A stretch of 64,000 nucleotides of DNA from Gemmatimonadota bacterium. Its GTDB lineage: Bacteria; Gemmatimonadota; Gemmatimonadetes; Gemmatimonadales; Gemmatimonadaceae. The position numbers and the translations under genes are program-made. Within the stretch, counting starts at the first letter, position 1; every line of letters starts with the position of its first letter. Positions 48,383 through 58,744 of this stretch are shown here, piece after piece. Below the pieces are notes generated by a model. It was given only the letters and a program-made list of their open reading frames with translations. It searched no databases and had not been told where the DNA came from. The stretch lies in the NCBI GenBank assembly GCA_040389905.1, contig JAZJZK010000014.1:32001-96000 (forward strand), written 5' to 3'.

Positions 48383-49783
48383 TTACTCGTAGCGCAGACA
48401 GACAATTGGGTCCTGCTTCGCGGCCTTCGACGCCGGCACGATCCCGAACACGAGACCAACTGCCACCGATACGCCGAATGCGACGATCACGGAGCTCGCC
48501 GATACAATCGTATGGATGTGCGCGAGTCGCTCGATGGCGGTGGCGAACAACCCACCGAGCATGATGCCGGCAAGCCCACCGGCAAGGCTGATCATCACGG
48601 CTTCGCTGAGGAACTGCGCCAACACGTCCTTCTGCGTCGCGCCCATGGCACGCCGCACACCGATTTCCTTGATGCGTTCCAGGATCGACGCGAGCATGAT
48701 GTTCATGATGCCGATACCGCCAACGATGAGCGAAATCGACGCAATCGACCCGAGCACGACGTTGAAGATCGCCTTCGTATTCTGCTCCTGCTTGAGGAGC
48801 AGTTCGGGAACGACGATCTCGAAATCCGTCACGTCGTTGTGCCGGCGTTGGAGCATGCGGCGCACAACTTCCGCAACGGCGCTGACGTCCGTGGAGTTCG
48901 TGACCTGCACGATCACCTTGTCGAGCTGGTGATAGTTGCGCTTCTCGGCGCGCTGGTCCTCGGTCTGCGTCGAGTCGTTCGAGCCGTCCTGCCGCGCCGC
49001 CAGCTCCATCTCGCTCTGCGTGATCTCGCCGCGATTGCGGAATCGCAACAGCATGGTCGACAGCGGGACATAGACGTCCATGCTCGCGTCACGAATGCCG
49101 AGCCGCTTCGCGTTCTCCGAGGAGACTTTGCGATCTTCGAGGACGCCGACGACCGTGAGCCATTGATTGCCCACCTTCACGGCGCGCCCGATCGGACTTT
49201 CCGTCGTGAAGAAGCGCGACTTCACGCCTTGGCCGATGATCGCCACCGGCATCGATCCTGAGAAGTGTCCAGAGGCGAACAGTGCGCCTTCGCCGAGGTG
49301 CAAGTTCATCACGTCGAAGTAGCTCGAGTCGACGCCGACCAGCTTCCCCGAGCGGTGATGCCCCTCGCGCGTGATGATGCTGTTGACGACGACCTCGCTG
49401 CTTGTTGCGCGCACGGAGGGCAGCGTGGCCGCAATCGCCTGTGCATCGAGCCAGGTAAGGCCCGGCGTGAAGCGCTTCGACTCCTTCTTCTCTTCCTTGT
49501 CGACCTTCCCTTCCTTCTGCTCGACGATCGGCGTGATGACGATGTTGTTCGCGCCGAGCAGCTTCATCTGCGCGAGAATCTCCTGCTCGGCGCCGTTGCC
49601 GATGGCGAGCATGGCGATGACCGACGCCACGCCGAACAGAATGCCGAGTGAGGTAAGGCTCGCACGCAGTTTGTTGTGCACCACGGCCTCTGCCGCGATG
49701 CCACTGCTGAATACGATGTGCGCAACCAGCTCTCGGGCGCGTGAGACCTTCGACGCGCCCGGCTCCATGGGAACTGCGGTCAC
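48383..49783 (-). CDS. MacB-like ABC transporter permease
   Basis: NKLRASLTSLGILFGVASV, VGGIGIMNIMLASILERIKEIGVRRAMGA, DPIVCLRYE. Confidence 0.92.
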   Translation of the reverse strand: MTAVPMEPGASKVSRARELVAHIVFSSGIAAEAVVHNKLRASLTSLGILFGVASVIAMLAIGNGAEQEILAQMKLLGANNIVITPIVEQKEGKVDKEEKKESKRFTPGLTWLDAQAIAATLPSVRATSSEVVVNSIITREGHHRSGKLVGVDSSYFDVMNLHLGEGALFASGHFSGSMPVAIIGQGVKSRFFTTESPIGRAVKVGNQWLTVVGVLEDRKVSSENAKRLGIRDASMDVYVPLSTMLLRFRNRGEITQSEMELAARQDGSNDSTQTEDQRAEKRNYHQLDKVIVQVTNSTDVSAVAEVVRRMLQRRHNDVTDFEIVVPELLLKQEQNTKAIFNVVLGSIASISLIVGGIGIMNIMLASILERIKEIGVRRAMGATQKDVLAQFLSEAVMISLAGGLAGIMLGGLFATAIERLAHIHTIVSASSVIVAFGVSVAVGLVFGIVPASKAAKQDPIVCLRYE

Positions 49784-49786
49784 GGG

Positions 49787-51184
49787 TCAGCCTTTGGGTT
49801 TCGCGGGAGCGGGCAGTGCCATCGGCTTCATGCCGGCCGGCGGCGCAGTGGGCGCATTAGCACCAGGCAACTTGACGTTCTTCGCCGTATCACCGCCCAC
49901 AACTGGCGCGGTCAGCGGCTGAAGACCGGGAATCGTTTCGACCTTGATGCCCTCCTTGTCGCTCGGCGGCGTGAGGTACACCTGATCGGTCTGGCTCAGC
50001 CCGCGCTTGACGACAATCTCATTGTCGTTCATGGCGCCGGTTTCGATCATCTGCTTCACGATGCGACTGCCGGACTTCTTGTACGCGTACTGAAAGCCCG
50101 CCTCGGTGATGACCGCTTCCAATGGAATCGAGAGCACATTGGGAATGGACGCCGTTTCGATGCCGTTCGCGGTCGTCATTCCAGGACGCAAAGTCGTATC
50201 GGCGCGCGCGACTTCGATCTTCACCTCGAAGACCTTGGAATCCTGGTTGGGCTTCTGCTCTCCCACGTTCGCAATTTGCGTGACCGTCCCTTCGAGCTTC
50301 TTGGACGGATCCGAGTCGAGCGAAATGGAGACCTTTTGGCCGACGCTGATCTTCCTGACGTCGACTTCATTGATGTACGTCTGCGACTCCATCTGCGTGA
50401 GGTCGGGCAGGGTGGCCACGATGTTCTCCCAGGCGCTCCACTGCGAGCCGACACCCTTCTTCTTGCCGTTCCATTCGCGCACGTAGATCACCATGCCTGC
50501 TGCGGGCGCCTTGATCGTAAAAAGACCGAGTACCTCCTGGATGTTCTTCAGGTTGTTCTGCTGGCGGCCAAGATCGGCCCCCACGGAGGACATCTTGGCC
50601 TCGGCCTGCTTGGTCTTGGTGGCGAGGTTGCGCTTGGACTGTTCCCACGCGCGCTGCGCCTTCTCGTAGTCGATCTCCGCCTGACGACGAATGGTCGGCG
50701 CCTCGTAGGCGGCCTGCTCCTTCGCGAGCTTCTTCTCTTCGAGGACATACTCCGCGGTTCGGACATCTTCGCGCGAATTGGCGAGGTTGAGCGCGGAGTC
50801 GAGCTGCGCCGTGGTGAACTCCGCTTGCGCCTTCTGGAGGCTGAGCGTGACGTCAGCCATGCGCGTCGCTGCCGGCGCGCGATCGAGTTCCGCGATGACG
50901 TCGCCTTCCTTCACGAGCGATCCTTCAGGGACGATGGACGCGATCTTCGTCTGGTAGACGTTGACTGATTGCGCCTGCGCTGGCCCGGTGACCTGGACAA
51001 ACTTGCGCGCGCGCAGTTCGCCCGTCGTCGTGACAACCACCTTGAAGTCGCCGTGCTTCACGGGCGCGAGGAGAATGGCTTCGGCCGCGTTGGCTGTGGC
51101 GGGCCACTTGTACCAGGCAATCGGTCCGCCGATGACGAGGAGGGCGAGGACGATCGGGAGCCAGCGTTTACGAAGGTGTGCCAT
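49787..51184 (-). CDS. Efflux periplasmic adaptor (MacA/HlyD-like)
   Basis: N-terminal TM, VPEGSLVKEGD, coiled coil, IKAPAAG, LRPGMT. Confidence 0.88.
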   Translation of the reverse strand: MAHLRKRWLPIVLALLVIGGPIAWYKWPATANAAEAILLAPVKHGDFKVVVTTTGELRARKFVQVTGPAQAQSVNVYQTKIASIVPEGSLVKEGDVIAELDRAPAATRMADVTLSLQKAQAEFTTAQLDSALNLANSREDVRTAEYVLEEKKLAKEQAAYEAPTIRRQAEIDYEKAQRAWEQSKRNLATKTKQAEAKMSSVGADLGRQQNNLKNIQEVLGLFTIKAPAAGMVIYVREWNGKKKGVGSQWSAWENIVATLPDLTQMESQTYINEVDVRKISVGQKVSISLDSDPSKKLEGTVTQIANVGEQKPNQDSKVFEVKIEVARADTTLRPGMTTANGIETASIPNVLSIPLEAVITEAGFQYAYKKSGSRIVKQMIETGAMNDNEIVVKRGLSQTDQVYLTPPSDKEGIKVETIPGLQPLTAPVVGGDTAKNVKLPGANAPTAPPAGMKPMALPAPAKPKG

Positions 51185-51435
51185 TGCAGTTTTCTCGCGC
51201 AGGTAGGATACGGGAGCGGTGGGGCACCAGAAGTCGCATCACCATAGTAGATGATGTATACAAACTTCAATCCGGACTTCATTAGGAGATGATGAAGCGC
51301 GGATGACGATCGGCTGACGCCACCCGTCAGCGCTTGGACACAACCGACTCTGAAAGGGTTGGATGTCGCGAAGGCGCTGCTCGTTTACGCATTACGGTCG
51401 AGCCCGGCGATAGTTCCATTGCGCGACGCGTAAAC

Positions 51436-51475
51436 AAAAAGCGCCCGACCGGAATCTCCGGTCGGACGCTTTTTT
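51436..51475. terminator. Intrinsic terminator, potentially bidirectional
   Basis: AAAAAGCGCCCGACCGGA-ATC-TCCGGTCGGACGCTTTTTT just past the stop of 51492..52013. Confidence 0.85.
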
Positions 51476-51491
51476 CGTGACTGACGCGAGG

Positions 51492-52013
51492 TCAGGCCTT
51501 CTTGTACGTCACCTTCGTTGTGGTGCCGGCGCCGCCATCGCGGCCGGGACGCGTGGACTCGACAACGAGGTTGCCAGCATCCAGCGACAGCGCCTGCGAT
51601 GTGGTGAACTTGTTGCCGTTGAATTCGGTCGTGGTCGTGATGACGAGCTTGGCCCCATCCCACGTGGCCTTGGAAATCACCTCAGCACCACCACGGCCGG
51701 CGTTCTTGCTGTCCGAACCGTCGAGGTTGTAGACGGACTTCATCTCGCCGGCCTGCGTTGTGCGCGTGATGGTGAGCGTCTTGTCGTCCTGCGCGGCCGA
51801 GAAGGCCATGCCGAACCCGCCGCCGCCGAAGCCGCCGCGACCGCCACCACCACCACCGCCACCGCCACCGCCACCGCCGCCGCCACCCGGAGGCGCTGCG
51901 TTCGGATCAACGACCATGGCCCAGCTGCCGGCGAAGTTCGCCTTCTGCGCCTGTACCGACGAGGCCGCCACGGCGAGCACGGCGACACTCATGATTGCTG
52001 CTTTCAGTCTCAT
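51492..52013 (-). CDS. Secreted beta-rich protein with a 16-Gly tract
   Basis: GGAG upstream; signal peptide; NFAGSW motif; Gly codons at 51840-51887. Confidence 0.8.
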   Translation of the reverse strand: MRLKAAIMSVAVLAVAASSVQAQKANFAGSWAMVVDPNAAPPGGGGGGGGGGGGGGGGRGGFGGGGFGMAFSAAQDDKTLTITRTTQAGEMKSVYNLDGSDSKNAGRGGAEVISKATWDGAKLVITTTTEFNGNKFTTSQALSLDAGNLVVESTRPGRDGGAGTTTKVTYKKA

Positions 52014-52280
52014 TTCCAGTTCTCCAGGGAGTTGGTGGTGCGGGGAGGGATTGCCGGCGCGTGGGCTGCCTGCGGTGCTGCCTGTAGGAGTTTTGATGCG
52101 CCTATAATAGGGTTACACCAGAGACGGCGGAATAGTTGGTTGCACTGATTAATAGTTGTCCACTTTCCAGCACACCGCCGCTGTCCGGGGTCTGAACGTT
52201 CCTCATCGCGTACCCTACAGGCCACCCGGGGGTCCGCATTGGCATGCATGGGCTGTCAACTCCGGAGCGCATTCCTTGGT

Positions 52281-52391
52281 TGTCATCCCGAGCGAAGTCG
52301 AGGGATCTGCACCTTCCAGTCTGGGTTCGTGGTGCAGACCCTCGAGTCGCGTCGCCGGAGGTGCAGGCCCTTCGTTGCACTCAGGGCGACA
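52281..52391. repeat. REP-like doublet with TGTCATCCCGAGCGAAGTCGAGGGATCT arm
   Basis: Left arm identical to 58655-58686; ends CCCTTCGTTGCACTCAGGGCGACA. Confidence 0.85.
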
Positions 52392-52397
52392 AAACAT

Positions 52398-53735
52398 TCA
52401 GGACGACGCCTGCGTCGAAGCTCCGCCCTCGCCGACGTCGTGTACGAACCAAACGCACCCCGCCGCCGCCAACAAACAGCAACCACCGATCATCACGAAG
52501 TATACGGGCGCATTCACGTTGCCTTCACCGAAAAGCGCCCTCGAGAGTGGCCCAAAGCCGAGCGACGCGACGATCTCCGGAATCACGATGAAGAAATTGA
52601 ACACGCCCATGTAGACGCCAATGCGTCCCGATGGCAGCGCGTTCGACAGGATGGCATACGGCATCGACAGGATCGACGCCCACGCGATACCCACACCCAC
52701 CATGGACAACAGCAACAGATACTTGTCGTGAATGAAGTAGACCGACAGCAAGCCCACCGCGCCGCAGGCGAGCGCCGAGGCATGGACCAGCTTGCGGCTT
52801 GTGCGCGCCGCAATCGCGGGCAATGCGAGCGCAACGAGGAAGCAGGTGATGGAATAGAAGGCGAAGGTGAATCCACCCCATTCGATGCCCTGCGTGTAGA
52901 GGTCCGACTGCGGATCAGTCGCGCCGAACACGTGCCGCGCAGTGGCAGGCACGAAGAAGAGCCACATGCAGAAGAGGCCCAGCCAGGTCAGGAGCTGCAC
53001 GACGCCAAGCTGGCGCATCGTCGCCGGCATATCGCGGATTGATTCGACGATCTCGGTAAATAGCGCGCCGAGTCCGGCGCGCCCTTTTTTCGCCCGCTCG
53101 AAGGCAGCCATGTCCTCCGGCGGAAACTCGCTCGTCGTCACGACAGTCCAGAGCACCGCGCAGAGAAACACCACCGCGCCAAATTGAAACGAGTACTTCA
53201 CCGTCAGCGGAATTCCGCTCGCCGTGCTTCCCTCTACGCCGAGCGAGCGCAACACCAGCGGCAACGCGTTGGCGAGGCTTGCCCCGATGCCAATGAACAG
53301 CGATTGCACGACGAAGCCGGTGGTGCGCTGCGAGATATCGAGCTTGTCCGCAACGAAGGCACGGAACGGTTCCATCGAGATGTTGATCGACGCATCCAGA
53401 ATCCACAGCAGGCTCGCCGCCATCCACAAGCTGCTCGACGTCGGCATGAAGAACAGCGCAATGGACGCGAGAACGGCCCCGGTGAGGAAGTACGGGCGAC
53501 GCCTGCCGAGGCGTCCCCACGTGCGATCGCTCAGCGCTCCGATGATCGGCTGAACGAGAAGGCCAGTCACGGGCGCCGCCAGCCACAACAGCGGCACTTG
53601 ATCCGGACGCGCGCCCAGTCGCTCGTACACCGCCGACATGTTGGCCAGCTGCAGCCCCCAGCCGAACTGAATCCCGAGGAATCCAAAGCTCATGTTGAAC
53701 AGCCCCGTGGGGCTGAGACGCGGACGCTGGCTCAT
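52398..53735 (-). CDS. MFS sugar transporter (maltose/SLC45-like)
   Basis: GFLGIQFGWGLQ, GRRRPY, NISMEPFRA, GVYMGVFNFFIVIP. Confidence 0.9.
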   Translation of the reverse strand: MSQRPRLSPTGLFNMSFGFLGIQFGWGLQLANMSAVYERLGARPDQVPLLWLAAPVTGLLVQPIIGALSDRTWGRLGRRRPYFLTGAVLASIALFFMPTSSSLWMAASLLWILDASINISMEPFRAFVADKLDISQRTTGFVVQSLFIGIGASLANALPLVLRSLGVEGSTASGIPLTVKYSFQFGAVVFLCAVLWTVVTTSEFPPEDMAAFERAKKGRAGLGALFTEIVESIRDMPATMRQLGVVQLLTWLGLFCMWLFFVPATARHVFGATDPQSDLYTQGIEWGGFTFAFYSITCFLVALALPAIAARTSRKLVHASALACGAVGLLSVYFIHDKYLLLLSMVGVGIAWASILSMPYAILSNALPSGRIGVYMGVFNFFIVIPEIVASLGFGPLSRALFGEGNVNAPVYFVMIGGCCLLAAAGCVWFVHDVGEGGASTQASS

Positions 53736-53866
53736 GGTGCTGTTTGACGGAAGAGTGAGTGAAATTCGCCGAGCGCGCCCGCTGCAATTCTACCGCAAGC
53801 GACGTCCGCAATTTGCATCGAGGAATGGTGATTGCCAGCCGCAGATGTCCGCGCTACGCTTGCGTC

Positions 53867-55474
53867 ATGCAACGACTCGCCGCACTCGCCCTGATGGCCC
53901 TTCCCGCTCTCGCCGCGACACAGCCTGCCGTGCCGTGGACCCGCGGTGCCACCTGCTATGAAGTCTTCGTTCGTTCGTTCTACGACAGCAATGGCGACGG
54001 CATCGGAGACTTGCAGGGACTGATCGAAAAGCTCGACTACATCAACGACGGCAACGCGAAGAGCACGCGTTCCCTCGGCGCGAAGTGCATCTGGCTGATG
54101 CCGATCGCCGAATCGCCCAGCTATCACGGATACGATGTCACCGACTATTACCGCGTCGAGCCGGACTACGGAAGCAACGAGGATTTCAAGCGCCTTGTTG
54201 CCGCGGCGCACAAACGTGGCATCAAGGTGCTGGTCGACATGGTGCTCAATCACGCGTCGAGCCAGCATCCCTTCTTTCAACAGGCGCTTCGCGACACCAC
54301 ATCGCCGTATCGCGCATGGTTCCGCTGGTCGCCGACGAAACCGGCCGAGCTCAATCCGTGGGGGCAAAGCAACTGGCACAAGTCGCCGCTGCGTGACGAG
54401 TGGTATTACGGCTTCTTCTGGGGTGGAATGCCGGACCTCAATTACACACATCCGCCCGTCGTCGCCGAGGCGAAGAAGGTCGCGCGCTTCTGGCTGAAAG
54501 AGATGGGTGTGGACGGCTTCCGGCTCGACGCCGTTCCCTATCTCATCGAAGAGCCGGGCGCCATCCATCATTCGCCGGCGACGCATGCGGTGTTGCGCGA
54601 CTACCAGTCGTACCTTCGTTCCGTGAAGCGAGATGTGTTCACCGTCGGCGAGGTGACCGACACCGGCAACGGCATTCTCGAGAGTTACTATCCCGACCAG
54701 CTCGACTCCTATTTCGCCTTCGCGCTTGCTGACAAGATCATCGAAGGCGTTCGCAAGGGAGACGCGCGCGGCCTGCTCGAGCCCGTCCTGAGGCTCCAAC
54801 GCATCGTACCGCGTGACCGACTCGCCCCATTCCTCCGCAATCACGACCAGACGAGAACGCGCACCGAGCTCGGTGGGGATGTCGCGAAATCGCGAGTTGC
54901 CGCACTGTTGATGCTGACGATGCCGGGTCTGCCGTTCGTGTACTACGGCGAGGAGATCGGGATGATCGGCAACAAGCCGGACGAACGACTGCGCACGCCA
55001 ATGCAATGGCGCAACGTGACCGGAGGTGGCTTCACGATTGCCAAGCCGTGGGAGCGTCTCCAGGATGATTCGTCGACGACCACCGTCGAGTCGCAGGACA
55101 AGGATTCGACGTCGCTGCTCAACCTGCACCGGCGGCTCATTCATCTGCGCTCCGCCACGCCGGCCCTTGCACGCGGTGTGCTCATTCCGCTGACGACGAG
55201 CAATGACGCCGTGACGGCGTACCTGCGACGCGAGGGAGATCATGTGGTCCTCGTCGTGGCGAATCTTTCGTCGGCGGCGCTCGACGGGATCACCGTGTCG
55301 TCCGGCGAGCGCGCACTGCCAGCCGGATCGTTCGTGCTACGCGATCTGCTAGGCGGAACGGACGCGGCCCGCGTGCGCATCGCGCGCGATGGCCGGGTGA
55401 GTGGTCTCATTCCGCTCCAGACGCTCGCACCCATGCAGGGTTATCTCTTCGAGTTGCGCACGAGCACGCGATAG
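53867..55474 (+). CDS. GH13 alpha-amylase/alpha-glucosidase family, secreted
   Basis: ATG 53867; DSNGDGIGDL, YHGYD, VLNH, GFRLDA, VGE, NHD, YYGEEIG. Confidence 0.92.
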   Translation: MQRLAALALMALPALAATQPAVPWTRGATCYEVFVRSFYDSNGDGIGDLQGLIEKLDYINDGNAKSTRSLGAKCIWLMPIAESPSYHGYDVTDYYRVEPDYGSNEDFKRLVAAAHKRGIKVLVDMVLNHASSQHPFFQQALRDTTSPYRAWFRWSPTKPAELNPWGQSNWHKSPLRDEWYYGFFWGGMPDLNYTHPPVVAEAKKVARFWLKEMGVDGFRLDAVPYLIEEPGAIHHSPATHAVLRDYQSYLRSVKRDVFTVGEVTDTGNGILESYYPDQLDSYFAFALADKIIEGVRKGDARGLLEPVLRLQRIVPRDRLAPFLRNHDQTRTRTELGGDVAKSRVAALLMLTMPGLPFVYYGEEIGMIGNKPDERLRTPMQWRNVTGGGFTIAKPWERLQDDSSTTTVESQDKDSTSLLNLHRRLIHLRSATPALARGVLIPLTTSNDAVTAYLRREGDHVVLVVANLSSAALDGITVSSGERALPAGSFVLRDLLGGTDAARVRIARDGRVSGLIPLQTLAPMQGYLFELRTSTR

Positions 55475-56811
55475 CCGTGTGCAGGGATGTCGATCCGTCC
55501 GGCCGCACCGAGTGGCGTTGCGGACTTCGAAAACCAATCCGTATAGTCGCCTGACTGTGCGAAACCTTGATAGCTCATCACCGCCGGCGTGTCGCCGAAG
55601 TTGACGGCGACGACGACAGTGCTCGCACCTCGCGTGCGAACGAAGGCGTAGACGTGCTTGTCGCCATCGTTCTTCAGCGACGTCTGCGTCGCGCCTTCGA
55701 CTCCACTCAGCAACGCCGGTTGCGCGTGTTTGAGCTCGAAGATGCTGCGATAGAACGGCGTGAGCGACGTGTCGCGCCAGTCGACTGTGTCCTTCTCGAA
55801 GAAGCGTAGCCGCTTGCCGAGACTCGCTTCTTGCCCCGTGTAGATGAGCGGCATCGAGTTGCGAAGCGTGGCCGCGACCACGAATGCCGCCTGATGGTTC
55901 GCACCCATACGCTCGAATTCCGTTCCGTTCCAGCTGTTCTCGTCGTGATTGCTGGTGAAGGAGAGCCGGAGGTCCGTGGCGTGATAACCGCGCTTCTGCC
56001 GGTTGAGATAGGCGTCGATGTCCGACGTCGGCTTTTTCCCCTGCGCCACCTCGTTCAGCAGGTGATGAAATTCCCAGGCATACGACGCATCGAAGGCCTC
56101 GCCGAGCGCCGGTGATTCCGACTCGGCAAGCAGGAAGACTCCGGGTTTGGCCTTCACGAGTTCTTTCCGCGCGACGAGCCAGAAGTCCAACGGTACGCCC
56201 GTCGCGAAGTCACAGCGAAAGCCGTCGACCTTCATCACCTCGAGCCACCAGCGCATCTCGCCGATCATCGCACGCCGCAATTCGGGATTGTCGTAGTTCA
56301 ACTGTGCGACATCGGTCCAATCCGTTTCGCTGCCCGACTCGGTGATGGCGTTGGAGACGCTTCCATCCGCTTTGTGGACGTACCAGTCCGGATGCTGCGT
56401 GATCCACGGATGATCGAATGCGGTGTGATTCGGGACCCAATCGATGATCACGCGCAGTCCTTGCCGGTGCGCATCTGCGAGGAACGCCTGAAAATCCGCC
56501 CGCGTTCCGAACTCTGGATTGACGGCGCGGTAGTCGGCAATCGAGTAGTAGCTCCCGAGGCTACCCTTCCGGTTGAGCTTTCCGATGGGTTGGACGGGCA
56601 TGAGCCACAACACATCGACTCCGAGCTTCTTGAGCCGCGGCAGATGCTGGCGTAGCGCCGTGAACGTTCCTTCCGGTGTGAACTGTCGGACGTTCACCTC
56701 GTACATCACGGCGTTGTGTGACCATGCGGGCGCGACGCGTGCGAGTTGGGCAACGGCCGTCGCGGGCAGCAGCGCCAAGAGGAGGAACAGCGTACGCATT
56801 GTGCGTGGCAT
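55441..56811 (-). CDS. GH13 alpha-amylase family protein
   Basis: YEVNVRQ, DWVPNH, GFRCD, LAE, NHDENSW. Confidence 0.9.
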   Translation of the reverse strand: MPRTMRTLFLLLALLPATAVAQLARVAPAWSHNAVMYEVNVRQFTPEGTFTALRQHLPRLKKLGVDVLWLMPVQPIGKLNRKGSLGSYYSIADYRAVNPEFGTRADFQAFLADAHRQGLRVIIDWVPNHTAFDHPWITQHPDWYVHKADGSVSNAITESGSETDWTDVAQLNYDNPELRRAMIGEMRWWLEVMKVDGFRCDFATGVPLDFWLVARKELVKAKPGVFLLAESESPALGEAFDASYAWEFHHLLNEVAQGKKPTSDIDAYLNRQKRGYHATDLRLSFTSNHDENSWNGTEFERMGANHQAAFVVAATLRNSMPLIYTGQEASLGKRLRFFEKDTVDWRDTSLTPFYRSIFELKHAQPALLSGVEGATQTSLKNDGDKHVYAFVRTRGASTVVVAVNFGDTPAVMSYQGFAQSGDYTDWFSKSATPLGAAGRIDIPAHGYRVLVRNSKR

Positions 56812-56907
56812 AAGGGACTCGTGGGAGTTGAACACTGATCTTTGATTTGGATGGTGGAGCAGAGTCATCCGGGTTCGTAACAGAAGCATTCGATCGGTGC
56901 CATTTTG

Positions 56908-57014
56908 AACCGCAGAGGACGCAGAGGAGCAAAGGGACGCAGAGGAAAAGCTTGAATGGTGGTCGTCGTGCAGTCCTCTGCGAACCTCTGCTCCTCTGCG
57001 ACCTCTGCGGTAAA
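56908..57014. repeat. Dispersed inverted-repeat element with (C)GCAGAGG periodic units, copy 2
   Basis: AACCGCAGAGGACGCAGAGG...CCTCTGCGACCTCTGCGGT; inverted copy of 31421-31589 with a shorter spacer. Confidence 0.88.
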
Positions 57015-57079
57015 CTTGTCAAACCACTGTACGTCGCGCCTCCGCTTGCACAGCCCATGACAGTAGAAACGGTGGCGAG

Positions 57080-58660
57080 TCACAACTTCGTCGTCTGGTC
57101 GATTGCCACCGCGGTTCGTGCGGCCATGCTGAGCGCCACACGCCCGTCTGCCTCCACGACAAGCGTCGTCCCTACGCACACCGCACCAGACCGACCTCCG
57201 CTGATGCGATCGCAATAGCTCCCTGGCGGCAGCCCTGTTGCCACGGTTTGCGAGAGCACCGCACTCTCTCGATTGAGCGCCACGAATCCACGGTCACCGC
57301 GCGTGAACGCAATCGCGTTTCCGCCGTTGTCCCACCAGTGGTTGACGTCGGTCCCCGCAACGATCCGGCGGAAACCGACCATGCGAGCGATGGACGGATC
57401 TCTATGCTCACAGACCCACTGACCGATCGTGGCCGTTTCGAGGCTTGCCCCGCAGGTCACGTCGTTCGTATTCCCGGCGGCATCCGATGGTGGGCCCATC
57501 GAGTTTCCCGACGGATACGAAAACGCAAAGCTGCTCAGAATGCTGGGATAGCCATACGGTTGCGAAAGCATCCACACGTTGGCGAGCCTGAAGAGCGCAC
57601 CGTCGCGATAGCTGATGCCGCCCTGGTGCTGCGTGTCATGATTCTGGAGGAAGACCACGGCCTTGTCCGAAGGCATCAACCCCCAAGCGGCCGCCGAGAA
57701 CTGGCTCCCGGCTGGGCCCGTCGGATTGAGTTGCGAGATGTGCTCGCCGTTGGCGTTGAGGAACTTGTTACCCACGCCGACGAAGGTGAACTCGGTGATA
57801 TCGGCTGCTCCACCCGAACTGTAGGCCTCGCCGAAGTAGTCGCTCGTTTGCAGCGCTTCGCCGGATCCGCTACTGACCTCGAGAAAGTAGTACGGAATCG
57901 GCCGACCTTCCGACACGAGTGTCGTATTCACCACCCGAAAGATTTCGTCGAGGTCGACCTGCTGGATGTGTTTCGCGGCATCGATGCGAAAACCGGCAAC
58001 CCCGAGCCGCGCGAGCATTAGCAGATAGCCGGCGATTTTCTGGCGAACGGACACGAGTGACGTGTTCAAATCTGGCAACGAGAAGAGCTCGCAGTCCTGG
58101 ACGTTGGCGGCGCTGCCGTAGTTGTTCAACGCGCACGGCGTGTGGAAGTCAGCCAACGTATAGAGACCGGGATAGCTGTACTTCGTGTATGCGGTACCGT
58201 TGCTCCCAGTTCCCGGACTCGGCGAGTTCGTCATGTGATTGATCACCGCGTCGACGTAGATCCCGATGCCCACCGCCTTGCAGCGATTCACCATGTCGCT
58301 GAATTGCGCCGCTGTCCCCGACCGGCTCTTGTCGATGCTGTAGCTCACCGGTTGATAGCGTTCACTCCAGTCATGGCTTGGCGTGATGCTGTGCTCCTGG
58401 GGTGGCGATACCTGCACCGCCGCAAACCCCGCGGGCGCGAGCACCGTTTCGCATTCACGTGCGATGTCGGTCCACGTCCAGTCGAAGAGGTGCACGGCGA
58501 CGTCGCCGGCCGCCATGTGGCCGCTGGGGCGATACGTCTGTCCCAACGTCGGCCGCACGACGGGAGCCGGCTGTTCCGTGATGGCGCTGGGCAGGTCCGT
58601 GCCGCCGGCGCACGCGCCGATGAGAGCGAGCGCCAAGAGCCCGGCGGCCTGAATTGTCAT
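57080..58660 (-). CDS. GH13 alpha-amylase lipoprotein (actinomycete/animal-type)
   Basis: HLFDW, VQVSPP, RYQPVSY, DAVINH, GFRIDAAKH, NHD, WVCEHR; lipobox IGAC. Start 58660 or 58780. Confidence 0.9.
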   Translation of the reverse strand: MTIQAAGLLALALIGACAGGTDLPSAITEQPAPVVRPTLGQTYRPSGHMAAGDVAVHLFDWTWTDIARECETVLAPAGFAAVQVSPPQEHSITPSHDWSERYQPVSYSIDKSRSGTAAQFSDMVNRCKAVGIGIYVDAVINHMTNSPSPGTGSNGTAYTKYSYPGLYTLADFHTPCALNNYGSAANVQDCELFSLPDLNTSLVSVRQKIAGYLLMLARLGVAGFRIDAAKHIQQVDLDEIFRVVNTTLVSEGRPIPYYFLEVSSGSGEALQTSDYFGEAYSSGGAADITEFTFVGVGNKFLNANGEHISQLNPTGPAGSQFSAAAWGLMPSDKAVVFLQNHDTQHQGGISYRDGALFRLANVWMLSQPYGYPSILSSFAFSYPSGNSMGPPSDAAGNTNDVTCGASLETATIGQWVCEHRDPSIARMVGFRRIVAGTDVNHWWDNGGNAIAFTRGDRGFVALNRESAVLSQTVATGLPPGSYCDRISGGRSGAVCVGTTLVVEADGRVALSMAARTAVAIDQTTKL

Positions 58661-58744
58661 CCCGAGCGAAGTCGAGGGATCTGCACTTACGGCCTGGTTG
58701 TGAGGTGCAGACCCCTCGACTCGCTTCGCTCGCTCGGGGTGACA
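58655..58744. repeat. REP-like doublet overlapping the amylase 5' end
   Basis: TGTCATCCCGAGCGAAGTCGAGGGATCTGCAC...GTGCAGACCCCTCGACTCGCTTCGCTCGCTCGGGGTGACA. Confidence 0.88.
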
